Shown in pieces: positions 11,510-21,990 of a stretch of 64,000 nt of DNA (position 1 is the first letter of the stretch; each line of letters starts with the position of its first letter). The position numbers and the translations under genes were made by a program. Under the pieces are notes generated by a model. That model did no database searches. It was given only the letters and a program-made list of their open reading frames with translations, and was not told the origin of the DNA. The DNA lies in NCBI RefSeq assembly GCF_030013595.1, contig NZ_CP122768.1; one strand, 5' to 3'. This stretch comes from Escherichia coli (GTDB lineage Bacteria > Pseudomonadota > Gammaproteobacteria > Enterobacterales > Enterobacteriaceae).

Positions 11510-11775
11510 AAGGAGTCCCTCCGCACTGTCTGAAACAGTACAGAAATGTCTTCAGGCGTGGCGAAGCCTTACCTGAAGGTAATAAAGCTGAGCAGGGACG
11601 TTAAAACGTCACGGCCTTACGCATCCGGTAACGCCGTGAAAAGACGGGCTTACCGGAAAAGTTTTAATCTCCGTCGAGGGAGAGGCGTGGGATCAGGTTC
11701 CATATAACCTCCGGTAAGTGAAAAAAGCGCCGCAAATAATAAGGAGAATCCAATAATATTCGTAGCATCTATGGC
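11510..11775 (-). promoter_or_regulatory. mgtA 5' leader (Mg2+/proline-sensing leader RNA) containing mgtL
   Basis: Long untranslated leader between PhoP-type promoter and mgtA start, with proline-rich leader ORF. Confidence 0.7.
11650..11703 (-). CDS. mgtL: mgtA leader peptide (17 aa, [17 protein letters not shown])
   Basis: ATG at 11703 and TAA at 11650 on minus strand. Confidence 0.85.
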
Positions 11776-11796
11776 GATATAATACCTGCAGGCAAC

Positions 11797-11813
11797 TAAA
11801 CCAACGATAAACC
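11797..11813 (-). promoter_or_regulatory. PhoP box (direct hexamer repeat) of the mgtA promoter
   Basis: Minus strand reads GGTTTA-TCGTT-GGTTTA. Confidence 0.7.
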
Positions 11814-11887
11814 AGACTTTACCCATTGCTGAATGCACGGGTAAAGTTAGGCTCAAATAATTAAACAACACGTTACGGGACAACAGG

Positions 11888-12835
11888 ATGCAAAATCGGC
11901 TGACCATCAAAGACATCGCACGCTTAAGCGGCGTGGGGAAATCTACGGTTTCCCGGGTGCTGAATAACGAAAGCGGCGTGAGCCAGCGCACGCGCGAGCG
12001 TGTTGAAGCAGTGATGAATCAGCATGGATTTTCCCCTTCCCGCTCTGCGCGCGCTATGCGTGGGCAAAGCGATAAAGTGGTCGCCATCATTGTTACCCGT
12101 CTGGATTCGTTGTCAGAAAATCTCGCCGTTCAAACCATGCTGCCAGCGTTCTATGAACAAGGTTACGACCCAATCATGATGGAAAGTCAGTTTTCCCCGC
12201 AATTAGTTGCCGAACATTTGGGGGTGCTGAAACGGCGTAATATCGACGGCGTAGTGCTGTTCGGTTTTACCGGCATAACAGAAGAAATGTTAGCCCACTG
12301 GCAGTCATCGCTGGTTCTGCTGGCGCGTGACGCAAAAGGCTTTGCTTCGGTCTGTTATGACGACGAAGGGGCAATCAAGATCCTGATGCAACGGCTGTAT
12401 GACCAGGGACATCGTAATATCAGTTATCTCGGCGTGCCGCACAGTGACGTGACGACCGGTAAGCGACGTCACGAAGCCTACCTGGCGTTCTGCAAAGCGC
12501 ATAAATTGCATCCCGTTGCCGCTCTGCCAGGGCTTGCTATGAAGCAAGGCTATGAGAACGTAGCAAAAGTGATTACGCCTGAAACTACCGCGTTACTGTG
12601 CGCAACCGACACGCTGGCACTTGGCGCAAGTAAATACCTGCAAGAGCAACGCATCGAGACCTTGCAACTGGCGAGCGTCGGTAATACGCCGTTAATGAAA
12701 TTCCTCCATCCGGAGATCGTCACCGTAGATCCCGGTTACGCCGAAGCTGGACGCCAGGCGGCCTGCCAGTTGATCGCGCAGGTAACCGGGCGCAGCGAAC
12801 CGCAACAAATCATCATCCCCGCCACCCTGTCCTGA
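11888..12835 (+). CDS. treR: LacI-family trehalose operon repressor (315 aa)
   Basis: ORF track; N-terminal HTH LTIKDIARLSGVGKSTVSRVLNN. Confidence 0.95.
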   Translation: MQNRLTIKDIARLSGVGKSTVSRVLNNESGVSQRTRERVEAVMNQHGFSPSRSARAMRGQSDKVVAIIVTRLDSLSENLAVQTMLPAFYEQGYDPIMMESQFSPQLVAEHLGVLKRRNIDGVVLFGFTGITEEMLAHWQSSLVLLARDAKGFASVCYDDEGAIKILMQRLYDQGHRNISYLGVPHSDVTTGKRRHEAYLAFCKAHKLHPVAALPGLAMKQGYENVAKVITPETTALLCATDTLALGASKYLQEQRIETLQLASVGNTPLMKFLHPEIVTVDPGYAEAGRQAACQLIAQVTGRSEPQQIIIPATLS

Positions 12836-12874
12836 TCGTTTCCTGAACGATAAATTGTGATCTTCGCTGCGTTT

Positions 12875-12888
12875 CGGGAACGTTCCCG
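12875..12888 (+). promoter_or_regulatory. Perfect 14-bp palindrome, candidate TreR operator upstream of treB
   Basis: CGGGAACGTTCCCG about 65 bp upstream of treB start. Confidence 0.45.
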
Positions 12889-12953
12889 TTTTTAAATTTT
12901 TCCGCGCAATATATTCTGCAGCCAACCAAAAATGTCATCTGCCATGGGGCTTT

Positions 12954-14375
12954 ATGATGAGCAAAATAAACCAAACGGATATCGATCGGTTGATTGAACT
13001 GGTCGGCGGGCGCGGCAATATTGCGACGGTGAGCCACTGTATTACTCGCCTGCGCTTTGTCCTCAACCAACCGGCCAATGCCAGAACGAAAGAAATTGAG
13101 CAACTCCCCATGGTGAAAGGCTGTTTCACCAATGCCGGGCAATTTCAGGTGGTGATTGGCACCAACGTGGGTGATTACTATCAAGCACTGATAGCGTCAA
13201 CCGGACAGGCGCAGGTTGATAAAGAGCAGGTAAAAAAAGCCGCACGGCAGAATATGAAATGGCATGAGCAGTTGATCTCTCATTTCGCGGAGATTTTCTT
13301 CCCGTTGCTGCCCGCGTTGATTAGCGGCGGTTTGATCCTCGGTTTTCGCAATGTGATCGGCGATTTGCCCATGAGCAACGGTCAGACGCTGGCGCAAATG
13401 TACCCTTCCCTGCAAACGATCTACGATTTTCTGTGGTTGATCGGTGAAGCGATCTTCTTCTACCTGCCGGTCGGGATTTGCTGGTCAGCGGTGAAAAAAA
13501 TGGGCGGCACGCCGATCCTTGGTATCGTGCTTGGCGTAACGCTGGTTTCTCCACAGCTGATGAACGCTTATCTGCTCGGGCAGCAGCTGCCGGAAGTGTG
13601 GGACTTTGGCATGTTCAGCATCGCCAAAGTGGGCTATCAGGCGCAGGTGATCCCGGCACTGTTAGCCGGGCTGGCGCTGGGCGTTATTGAAACTCGTCTT
13701 AAGCGCATCGTGCCGGATTACCTCTATCTGGTGGTGGTGCCCGTCTGTTCGCTGATCCTCGCGGTGTTCCTCGCCCATGCGCTGATTGGTCCGTTTGGTC
13801 GCATGATTGGCGATGGCGTTGCCTTTGCGGTACGTCACCTGATGACCGGCAGCTTTGCTCCGATTGGCGCGGCATTGTTTGGCTTCCTGTACGCCCCGCT
13901 GGTGATCACCGGCGTACACCAGACCACGCTTGCTATTGATTTGCAGATGATTCAAAGCATGGGTGGCACGCCAGTGTGGCCGCTGATTGCACTGTCGAAT
14001 ATCGCTCAGGGCTCCGCCGTGATAGGTATTATCATTTCCAGCCGCAAGCACAATGAACGCGAGATCTCCGTGCCTGCCGCTATCTCCGCCTGGCTTGGAG
14101 TCACTGAGCCTGCTATGTACGGCATCAACCTGAAATATCGCTTCCCGATGCTGTGCGCGATGATTGGTTCTGGTCTGGCAGGATTGCTATGCGGCCTGAA
14201 CGGCGTTATGGCGAATGGCATCGGCGTAGGCGGCCTGCCGGGAATTCTCTCGATTCAACCGAGCTACTGGCAGGTGTTTGCGCTGGCAATGGCTATCGCC
14301 ATCATCATCCCGATTGTACTCACCTCGTTTATCTATCAGCGGAAATACCGCCTGGGCACGCTGGACATTGTTTAA
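12954..14375 (+). CDS. treB: PTS trehalose-specific EIIBC component (473 aa)
   Basis: ORF track; multi-pass membrane protein with N-terminal EIIB Cys motif. Confidence 0.95.
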   Translation: MMSKINQTDIDRLIELVGGRGNIATVSHCITRLRFVLNQPANARTKEIEQLPMVKGCFTNAGQFQVVIGTNVGDYYQALIASTGQAQVDKEQVKKAARQNMKWHEQLISHFAEIFFPLLPALISGGLILGFRNVIGDLPMSNGQTLAQMYPSLQTIYDFLWLIGEAIFFYLPVGICWSAVKKMGGTPILGIVLGVTLVSPQLMNAYLLGQQLPEVWDFGMFSIAKVGYQAQVIPALLAGLALGVIETRLKRIVPDYLYLVVVPVCSLILAVFLAHALIGPFGRMIGDGVAFAVRHLMTGSFAPIGAALFGFLYAPLVITGVHQTTLAIDLQMIQSMGGTPVWPLIALSNIAQGSAVIGIIISSRKHNEREISVPAAISAWLGVTEPAMYGINLKYRFPMLCAMIGSGLAGLLCGLNGVMANGIGVGGLPGILSIQPSYWQVFALAMAIAIIIPIVLTSFIYQRKYRLGTLDIV

Positions 14376-14424
14376 TTTTCTTCGGGGCGCAATTGCGCCC
14401 CCTCGCATTTGCAGGAATAACGTA

Positions 14425-16080
14425 ATGACTCATCTTCCCCACTGGTGGCAAAACGGCGTTATCTACCAGATTTATCCAAAAAGTTTTCAGGACACCACGG
14501 GTAGCGGCACCGGCGATTTACGTGGCGTTATCCAACGCCTGGATTATCTGCATAAACTGGGCGTTGATGCCATCTGGCTAACCCCCTTTTATGTCTCTCC
14601 CCAGGTCGATAACGGTTACGACGTAGCGAATTATACGACGATTGATCCCACCTATGGCACGCTGGACGATTTTGACGAACTGGTGACACAGGCAAAATCG
14701 CGCGGGATTCGTATCATTCTCGATATGGTGTTTAACCATACCTCTACCCAACATGCCTGGTTTCGCGAGGCGCTGAACAAAGCAAGCCCTTACCGCCAGT
14801 TTTATATCTGGCGCGATGGAGAACCAGAAACACCACCGAACAACTGGCGTTCAAAATTTGGCGGTAGTGCGTGGCGCTGGCATGCGGAAAGCGAACAGTA
14901 CTATTTGCATCTCTTTGCTCCAGAACAGGCGGATCTCAACTGGGAGAATCCAGCGGTACGCGCAGAGCTGAAAAAAGTCTGTGAGTTCTGGGCCGATCGT
15001 GGGGTCGACGGGTTGCGCCTGGATGTGGTGAATCTGATCTCCAAAGATCCGCGTTACCCTGAAGACCTGGATGGCGACGGGCGTCGCTTCTACACCGACG
15101 GGCCACGAGCACACGAGTTTTTGCACGAGATGAACCGCGATGTGTTTACGCCACGCGGGTTAATGACCGTAGGTGAAATGTCCTCCACCAGCCTTGAGCA
15201 TTGCCAGCGATACGCGGCACTGACAGGCAGTGAATTGTCGATGACCTTTAATTTTCATCACCTGAAAGTCGATTATCCCGGTGGTGAAAAATGGACGCTG
15301 GCTAAACCTGACTTTGTGGCGTTGAAAACATTGTTCCGCCACTGGCAACAAGGAATGCACAACGTGGCATGGAATGCCTTGTTCTGGTGTAACCACGATC
15401 AGCCGCGCATTGTTTCTCGCTTTGGTGATGAAGGTGAATACCGCGTGCCTGCGGCAAAAATGCTGGCGATGGTGCTGCATGGCATGCAGGGAACGCCATA
15501 TATCTACCAGGGCGAAGAGATTGGCATGACTAACCCACATTTCACGCGCATTACTGACTATCGCGACGTGGAGAGCCTCAATATGTTTGCCGAGCTGCGC
15601 AACGATGGGCGTGATGCCGACGAGTTATTGGCAATCCTCGCCAGTAAATCCCGTGACAACAGTCGCACACCCATGCAATGGAGCAACGGCGATAATGCCG
15701 GGTTTACGGCTGGCGAACCGTGGATTGGCCTGGGCGATAACTATCAACAAATCAACGTAGAAGCCGCGCTGGCCGATGAGTCCTCGGTGTTTTACACCTA
15801 CCAAAAGTTAATCGCACTGCGTAAGCAAGAAGCCGTCCTGACATGGGGCGATTACCAGGATCTGCTGCCAAACAGCCCTGTATTGTGGTGCTATCGCCGT
15901 GAATGGAAGGGGCAAACCTTGTTGGTCATTGCCAACCTTAGCCGTGAGACCCAACCCTGGCAGCCAGGGAAAATGCTCGGCAACTGGCAGCTTGTGATGC
16001 ATAACTACGAAGAAGCCTCACCACAACCCTGTGCCATGACTTTACGGCCTTTTGAGGCTGTCTGGTGGTTACAGAAGTAA
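14425..16080 (+). CDS. treC: Trehalose-6-phosphate hydrolase (551 aa)
   Basis: ORF track 14278..16080 trimmed to MTHLPHWWQNGVIYQIYP start at 14425; GH13 motifs. Confidence 0.95.
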   Translation: MTHLPHWWQNGVIYQIYPKSFQDTTGSGTGDLRGVIQRLDYLHKLGVDAIWLTPFYVSPQVDNGYDVANYTTIDPTYGTLDDFDELVTQAKSRGIRIILDMVFNHTSTQHAWFREALNKASPYRQFYIWRDGEPETPPNNWRSKFGGSAWRWHAESEQYYLHLFAPEQADLNWENPAVRAELKKVCEFWADRGVDGLRLDVVNLISKDPRYPEDLDGDGRRFYTDGPRAHEFLHEMNRDVFTPRGLMTVGEMSSTSLEHCQRYAALTGSELSMTFNFHHLKVDYPGGEKWTLAKPDFVALKTLFRHWQQGMHNVAWNALFWCNHDQPRIVSRFGDEGEYRVPAAKMLAMVLHGMQGTPYIYQGEEIGMTNPHFTRITDYRDVESLNMFAELRNDGRDADELLAILASKSRDNSRTPMQWSNGDNAGFTAGEPWIGLGDNYQQINVEAALADESSVFYTYQKLIALRKQEAVLTWGDYQDLLPNSPVLWCYRREWKGQTLLVIANLSRETQPWQPGKMLGNWQLVMHNYEEASPQPCAMTLRPFEAVWWLQK

Positions 16081-16092
16081 ATCTTCGCTAAG

Positions 16093-16123
16093 CCCCGGTA
16101 ATGCCTGTCATTCCGGGGTTTTG
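16093..16123 (+). terminator. Intrinsic terminator after treC
   Basis: ccccgg...ccgggg hairpin followed by tttt. Confidence 0.65.
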
Positions 16124-16249
16124 CCTGTCAGTATGTTGTTTTTGTTGATTTTATAATCAAAAAATTCATTAAAAAATTTACATATCGCTGTAGCGCCCGT
16201 CATCCGTACGCTCTGCTTTTTACTTTGAGCTACATCAAAAAAAGTTCAA

Positions 16250-16330
16250 ACATCCTTGATGCAAAGCACTATATATAGACTTTAAAATGCGTCCCAACCC
16301 AATATGTTGTATTAATCGACTATAATTGCT
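16250..16330 (+). promoter_or_regulatory. nrdDG promoter region with NrdR-box-like and FNR-like elements
   Basis: AT palindromes cactatatatagac and cccaatatgttgtatt, TTGAT half-sites, tataat at 16321; exact site assignment uncertain. Confidence 0.4.
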
Positions 16331-16473
16331 ACTACAGCTCCCCACGAAAAAGGTGCGGCGTTGTGGATAAGCGGATGGCGATTGCGGAAAGCACCGGAAA
16401 ACGAAACAAAAAAACCGGAAAACGTCTTTCCCAATTTCTGTGGATAACCTGTTCTTAAAAATATGGAGCGATC

Positions 16474-18612
16474 ATGACACCGCATGTGATGAAACGAGAC
16501 GGCTGCAAAGTGCCGTTTAAATCAGAGCGCATCAAAGAAGCGATTCTGCGTGCAGCTAAAGCAGCGGAAGTCGATGATGCCGATTATTGCGCCACTGTTG
16601 CTGCGGTTGTCAGCGAGCAGATGCAGGGCCGCAACCAGGTGGATATCAATGAGATCCAGACCGCAGTTGAAAACCAGCTGATGTCGGGTCCATACAAACA
16701 ACTGGCTCGTGCTTACATCGAGTACCGTCACGATCGCGACATTGAACGTGAAAAACGCGGTCGCCTGAACCAGGAGATCCGTGGTCTGGTCGAGCAGACC
16801 AACTCCTCGTTACTCAACGAAAACGCCAACAAAGACAGCAAGGTGATTCCAACCCAGCGCGACCTGCTGGCCGGGATCGTGGCTAAACACTATGCACGCC
16901 AGCACCTGCTGCCGCGTGACGTGGTGCAGGCACATGAACGTGGTGATATTCACTATCACGATCTCGATTACTCACCGTTCTTCCCGATGTTCAACTGCAT
17001 GTTGATCGACCTGAAAGGCATGCTGACCCAGGGCTTTAAAATGGGGAACGCCGAGATTGAACCGCCGAAGTCGATCTCTACGGCAACCGCGGTAACTGCG
17101 CAGATTATTGCCCAGGTCGCCAGCCATATTTATGGCGGCACCACCATTAACCGTATCGATGAAGTGCTGGCACCGTTTGTCACCGCCAGCTACAACAAAC
17201 ATCGCAAGACCGCAGAAGAGTGGAACATCCCGGACGCCGAAGGCTACGCTAACTCTCGTACCATCAAAGAGTGCTACGATGCCTTCCAGTCGCTGGAGTA
17301 CGAAGTAAACACCCTGCATACCGCCAACGGTCAAACGCCGTTTGTAACCTTTGGTTTTGGTCTGGGCACCAGCTGGGAGTCGCGCCTGATTCAGGAATCG
17401 ATCCTGCGTAACCGTATCGCCGGCCTCGGTAAAAACCGTAAAACGGCGGTGTTCCCGAAACTGGTGTTTGCGATTCGCGATGGCCTGAACCATAAAAAAG
17501 GCGATCCGAACTACGACATCAAACAGCTGGCGCTGGAGTGCGCAAGCAAGCGCATGTATCCGGATATCCTGAACTACGATCAGGTAGTGAAAGTCACCGG
17601 TTCGTTTAAAACCCCGATGGGCTGCCGCAGCTTCCTCGGCGTGTGGGAAAATGAAAACGGCGAGCAGATCCACGATGGTCGTAACAACCTCGGCGTGATC
17701 AGCCTGAACCTGCCGCGTATTGCGCTGGAAGCAAAAGGCGATGAAGCCACCTTCTGGAAGCTGCTGGATGAACGTCTGGTGCTGGCACGTAAGGCGCTGA
17801 TGACCCGTATCGCCCGTCTGGAAGGCGTGAAGGCACGCGTAGCTCCTATCCTCTATATGGAAGGTGCTTGTGGCGTGCGTCTGAATGCTGACGATGATGT
17901 TTCTGAAATCTTCAAAAACGGTCGTGCATCTATTTCGCTGGGTTACATCGGCATCCACGAAACCATTAACGCGCTGTTCGGCGGCGAGCATGTTTATGAC
18001 AACGAGCAGCTTCGCGCGAAAGGTATCGCGATTGTTGAACGTCTGCGTCAGGCAGTGGATCAGTGGAAAGAAGAAACGGGTTATGGTTTCAGTCTCTACA
18101 GCACGCCGAGTGAAAACCTGTGCGACCGCTTCTGCCGTCTCGATACCGCTGAGTTTGGCGTGGTGCCGGGTGTGACCGATAAAGGTTACTACACCAACAG
18201 TTTCCACCTCGATGTGGAGAAGAAAGTGAACCCGTACGACAAGATCGACTTTGAAGCGCCTTACCCGCCGCTGGCGAACGGTGGTTTCATTTGCTACGGC
18301 GAGTATCCAAACATTCAGCACAACCTGAAGGCGCTGGAAGATGTCTGGGATTACAGCTATCAGCATGTACCGTATTACGGCACCAATACGCCGATCGATG
18401 AGTGCTACGAGTGTGGCTTTACTGGCGAGTTCGAGTGCACCAGCAAAGGCTTCACTTGCCCGAAATGTGGTAACCATGACGCCTCCCGTGTGTCGGTAAC
18501 TCGCCGCGTGTGCGGATATTTAGGTAGCCCGGATGCACGTCCATTTAACGCCGGTAAGCAGGAAGAAGTTAAGCGCCGCGTTAAACATTTGGGGAATGGG
18601 CAGATAGGTTAA
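16474..18612 (+). CDS. nrdD: Anaerobic ribonucleoside-triphosphate reductase (712 aa)
   Basis: ORF track; C-terminal glycyl-radical region and CxxC Zn ribbon. Confidence 0.97.
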   Translation: MTPHVMKRDGCKVPFKSERIKEAILRAAKAAEVDDADYCATVAAVVSEQMQGRNQVDINEIQTAVENQLMSGPYKQLARAYIEYRHDRDIEREKRGRLNQEIRGLVEQTNSSLLNENANKDSKVIPTQRDLLAGIVAKHYARQHLLPRDVVQAHERGDIHYHDLDYSPFFPMFNCMLIDLKGMLTQGFKMGNAEIEPPKSISTATAVTAQIIAQVASHIYGGTTINRIDEVLAPFVTASYNKHRKTAEEWNIPDAEGYANSRTIKECYDAFQSLEYEVNTLHTANGQTPFVTFGFGLGTSWESRLIQESILRNRIAGLGKNRKTAVFPKLVFAIRDGLNHKKGDPNYDIKQLALECASKRMYPDILNYDQVVKVTGSFKTPMGCRSFLGVWENENGEQIHDGRNNLGVISLNLPRIALEAKGDEATFWKLLDERLVLARKALMTRIARLEGVKARVAPILYMEGACGVRLNADDDVSEIFKNGRASISLGYIGIHETINALFGGEHVYDNEQLRAKGIAIVERLRQAVDQWKEETGYGFSLYSTPSENLCDRFCRLDTAEFGVVPGVTDKGYYTNSFHLDVEKKVNPYDKIDFEAPYPPLANGGFICYGEYPNIQHNLKALEDVWDYSYQHVPYYGTNTPIDECYECGFTGEFECTSKGFTCPKCGNHDASRVSVTRRVCGYLGSPDARPFNAGKQEEVKRRVKHLGNGQIG

Positions 18613-18620
18613 TCCTTCCC

Positions 18621-18653
18621 CCTCACCCTAACCCTCTCCCTCAAGGGAGAGGG
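18621..18653. repeat. GC-rich palindromic element in the nrdD-nrdG spacer
   Basis: cctcaccctaa followed by ccctctccc-tcaa-gggagaggg (9-bp perfect stem). Confidence 0.5.
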
Positions 18654-18796
18654 TACCGTTCCGTGCCCCTTCCTGATTCCCGACATAATGAATTGCCTCT
18701 GGCCAGTTGGTGTCGTCGCAAGGTGGCAAATGCGTAGCATCGGGGGACTTCGCCCGTACGCACCAGAGCAGTCATGGCGTCAATTGAGAATCGAAA

Positions 18797-19261
18797 ATGA
18801 ACTTTCATCAGTACTATCCTGTCGACATCGTCAACGGCCCCGGCACTCGCTGCACACTGTTTGTCTCCGGGTGTGTTCATGAATGCCCCGGTTGCTATAA
18901 CAAAAGCACATGGCGGGTAAATTCCGGTCAGCCATTTACCAAAGCAATGGAAGACCAGATCATTAACGATCTAAATGACACTCGCATCAAACGCCAGGGG
19001 ATTTCCCTCTCCGGCGGCGATCCGCTGCATCCGCAAAACGTGCCGGATATTCTGAAACTGGTACAACGAATCCGCGCCGAATGTCCGGGTAAAGACATCT
19101 GGGTGTGGACAGGCTATAAACTCGACGAACTCAACGCTGCGCAAATGCAGGTTGTTGATTTGATTAACGTACTGGTCGACGGCAAATTTGTGCAGGATTT
19201 AAAAGACCCTTCCCTGATCTGGCGCGGCAGCAGCAATCAGGTGGTGCATCATTTGCGTTAG
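18797..19261 (+). CDS. nrdG: Anaerobic ribonucleotide reductase activating protein (154 aa)
   Basis: ORF track; radical-SAM CxxxCxxC (CVHECPGCYN). Confidence 0.95.
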   Translation: MNFHQYYPVDIVNGPGTRCTLFVSGCVHECPGCYNKSTWRVNSGQPFTKAMEDQIINDLNDTRIKRQGISLSGGDPLHPQNVPDILKLVQRIRAECPGKDIWVWTGYKLDELNAAQMQVVDLINVLVDGKFVQDLKDPSLIWRGSSNQVVHHLR

Positions 19262-19552
19262 TCACTCATCCAGCCGTTTAGTCGCGTCTTCATAAACGGC
19301 TGAGTTCTCTCTCTTACCAATAGCTATCACCAACACGAGCAACTCTTTATCGTTAACCTGATAAACCAGGCGATATCCCTGTGTGCGCAGCTTAATTTTG
19401 TAGCAGTCCGGTAAATCCCGCAGTTTAGCCGATGGATTGCGCGGCCTTTTCAGCACATCCTCAAGCTTTTTTTTAAATTGTTCCCGGACTGTCACGCCCA
19501 GTTTTTGCCACTCTTTCAGCGCCCGCGGATCAAACGCCAGCTCATAGTTCAT
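19262..19552 (-). CDS. RelE/ParE-superfamily toxin (96 aa), RelE-like
   Basis: ORF track 19262..19630 trimmed to MNYELAFD start at 19552; strong similarity to E. coli RelE from memory (DCYKIKLR..GYRLVYQV, KRE near C-terminus); stop codon abuts nrdG stop. Confidence 0.8.
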   Translation of the reverse strand: MNYELAFDPRALKEWQKLGVTVREQFKKKLEDVLKRPRNPSAKLRDLPDCYKIKLRTQGYRLVYQVNDKELLVLVIAIGKRENSAVYEDATKRLDE

Positions 19553-19784
19553 CCAGTCGGACCTTAATGGCCTCTTGTGGGTTGGCCAGTCGTTCCCTGA
19601 CAGTGCGTAACAAGGCTTCTTCACTATCACTGACAGTGAGCGTTTTTACCGGCATTCGTCCATTTTCCGCAACGTACTGAAACAGCAGTCGCCCTGCTTC
19701 AGTAGGCGTGATATTTAATTTTTCCAGCACCGCATAAGCCTCATTTTTCAGTTTGTCATCCAGGCGGACGTTAAGTGTGGCCAT
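19542..19784 (-). CDS. RelB/DinJ-family antitoxin (80 aa)
   Basis: ORF track; ribbon-helix-helix N-terminus resembling RelB; 11-nt overlap with toxin start; ggagg RBS. Confidence 0.8.
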   Translation of the reverse strand: MATLNVRLDDKLKNEAYAVLEKLNITPTEAGRLLFQYVAENGRMPVKTLTVSDSEEALLRTVRERLANPQEAIKVRLDEL

Positions 19785-19809
19785 TATGCCTCCGGTAATT
19801 ATGAAAAGT

Positions 19810-19839
19810 GTAATGCATTATAGCATTACATATGCATTA
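19810..19839 (-). promoter_or_regulatory. Candidate operator/promoter of the TA operon
   Basis: Inverted repeat GTAATGC-N6-GCATTAC plus a third GCATTAC half-site immediately upstream of the antitoxin start. Confidence 0.5.
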
Positions 19840-19975
19840 CATTCATTTCTGGAAAACGCCTCGCAAAAATGAGGACGACACGCAGGAATATGCCGTGGTG
19901 AAGATAGATATTGCGGTGATTTTACGAAGGGAGAAGAAAGCGTTGGGCGGTAACGTTTCACCGCCCAATAAGGAA

Positions 19976-20365
<390 letters not shown>

Positions 20366-20544
20366 TCACTTCCTTTTTTATTTACACTTCATCCTTCACA
20401 CTGCCTCATCGACGGCTACGCTCATTCGCCCGAGTCACGTACTGCGAGTACGCTCCCCGGCCCTCATTCACTTTCCGTCTCGATGCAGTGCGAATGATTT
20501 TGTGTAATTTTTTAGTTTATAGCGCGGCAGGTCGCGCCAGTTTT

Positions 20545-21897
20545 TTACTGCCCGGCGATTTTCATCTCCGGCAACAGCACAGAACCACACTGTATATTAC
20601 TGCGTGTTTCAATATCGTTACCGACGGTGACAATATTGCGCCACATATCTTTTAAATTACCTGCGATGGTGATTTCACTAACCGGATACTGAATTTCGCC
20701 ATTCTCTACCCAGAAGCCCGCTGCACCACGGGAATAATCACCGGTAATGGCACTCACGCCCTGGCCCATCAGCTCCGTCACCACCAGCCCGGTGCCCATC
20801 TCTTTAAGCATTTGTTCGAAGCTTAGCCCTTGTCCGGCAATCCGCCAGTTGTGAATACCGCCCGCATGTCCGGTGCTTTTCAGCCCCAGTTTCCGCGCCG
20901 AATAGCTGGTCAACAGCCACTGAGTCAGGATGCCATCTTTAATAATATCGCGACGCTCTGTGCGCACACCTTCGCTGTCGAATGGCGTAGAGGCCAGCCC
21001 TTTCAGCAGATGCGGATGCTCTTCAATGGTCAGCCAGTCCGGCAGAATTTGTTTACCCAGCGAATCCAGCAGGAAGGTGGATTTACGGTAAACCGATCCG
21101 CCCGCTATCGCTCCAACCAGATGGCCAAAAAGCCCGGTTGCCACTTCATTGGCAAAAATGACCGGCGCTTTCATGGTGGAGAGTTTACGCGGTGACAGAC
21201 GCGATAAAGTGCGACGAGCACAGTCGGCCCCAACCCACTCTGGCGTTTGCAGATCGCTCATCGCACGGCCAATGGTGTAGGCGTAATCACGCTCCATATC
21301 GCCATTTTCTTCGGCAATTACACAGCTGGAGAGCGAATGACGCGTAGAGCAGTAACCCTGCAACATGCCGTGGCTGTTGCCGAAAACTTTGACACCGTAG
21401 TGGCTGTTAAAGCTACCGCCTTCGGTATTGGTGATGCGTTTGTCCGCCTGCAATGCCGCCTGTTCTGCGCGGGCCGCCAGTTCAATGGCTTCATCCGGGG
21501 AAACTTCCGCAGGGTGGAACAAGTCGAGATCCGGTGCGTCAAAGGCCAGCAGCTCTTTGTCTGCCACGCCGGCACAGGGATCTGGCGAGGTATAACGGGC
21601 AATATCCAGTGCCGCCTGTACGGTGCGGGCAATGGCCTGCGGGCTTAAATCGGTAGACGATGCGCTACCTTTGCGGTTCTGGTGATAAACAGTGATCCCC
21701 AACGCGCCATCGCTATTGAATTCAACATTCTCCACTTCACCATAACGCGTGCTTACGCTAATGCCGGTGGTCTTGCTGACGGCAACTTCTGCACCGTCCG
21801 ATTTGCCTGAGGCCAACTCCAGCGCAGTCGAAACTGCTTCTTCCAGAATCTTGCGCTGCGCTTCAACTTGAGAGATTACTTTCATTGCAAGTGCCAT
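20545..21897 (-). CDS. pmbA: Metalloprotease PmbA/TldE (450 aa)
   Basis: ORF track; recognised sequence. Confidence 0.95.
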
Positions 21898-21990
21898 AAT
21901 GTAGAGAGTTTCTCTGAAGTCTAACAGAGAACCGTTTTTCAGTGCGCATCTTAACTGGTAACATTAGCCTCTTTTTTTAAGGAGCCTGAG

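Noticed and set aside
16972-18477. 501-codon ORF antisense to nrdD
   Set aside because: Lies entirely inside a well-supported gene on the opposite strand; no recognisable protein features; typical shadow ORF in GC-rich coding sequence
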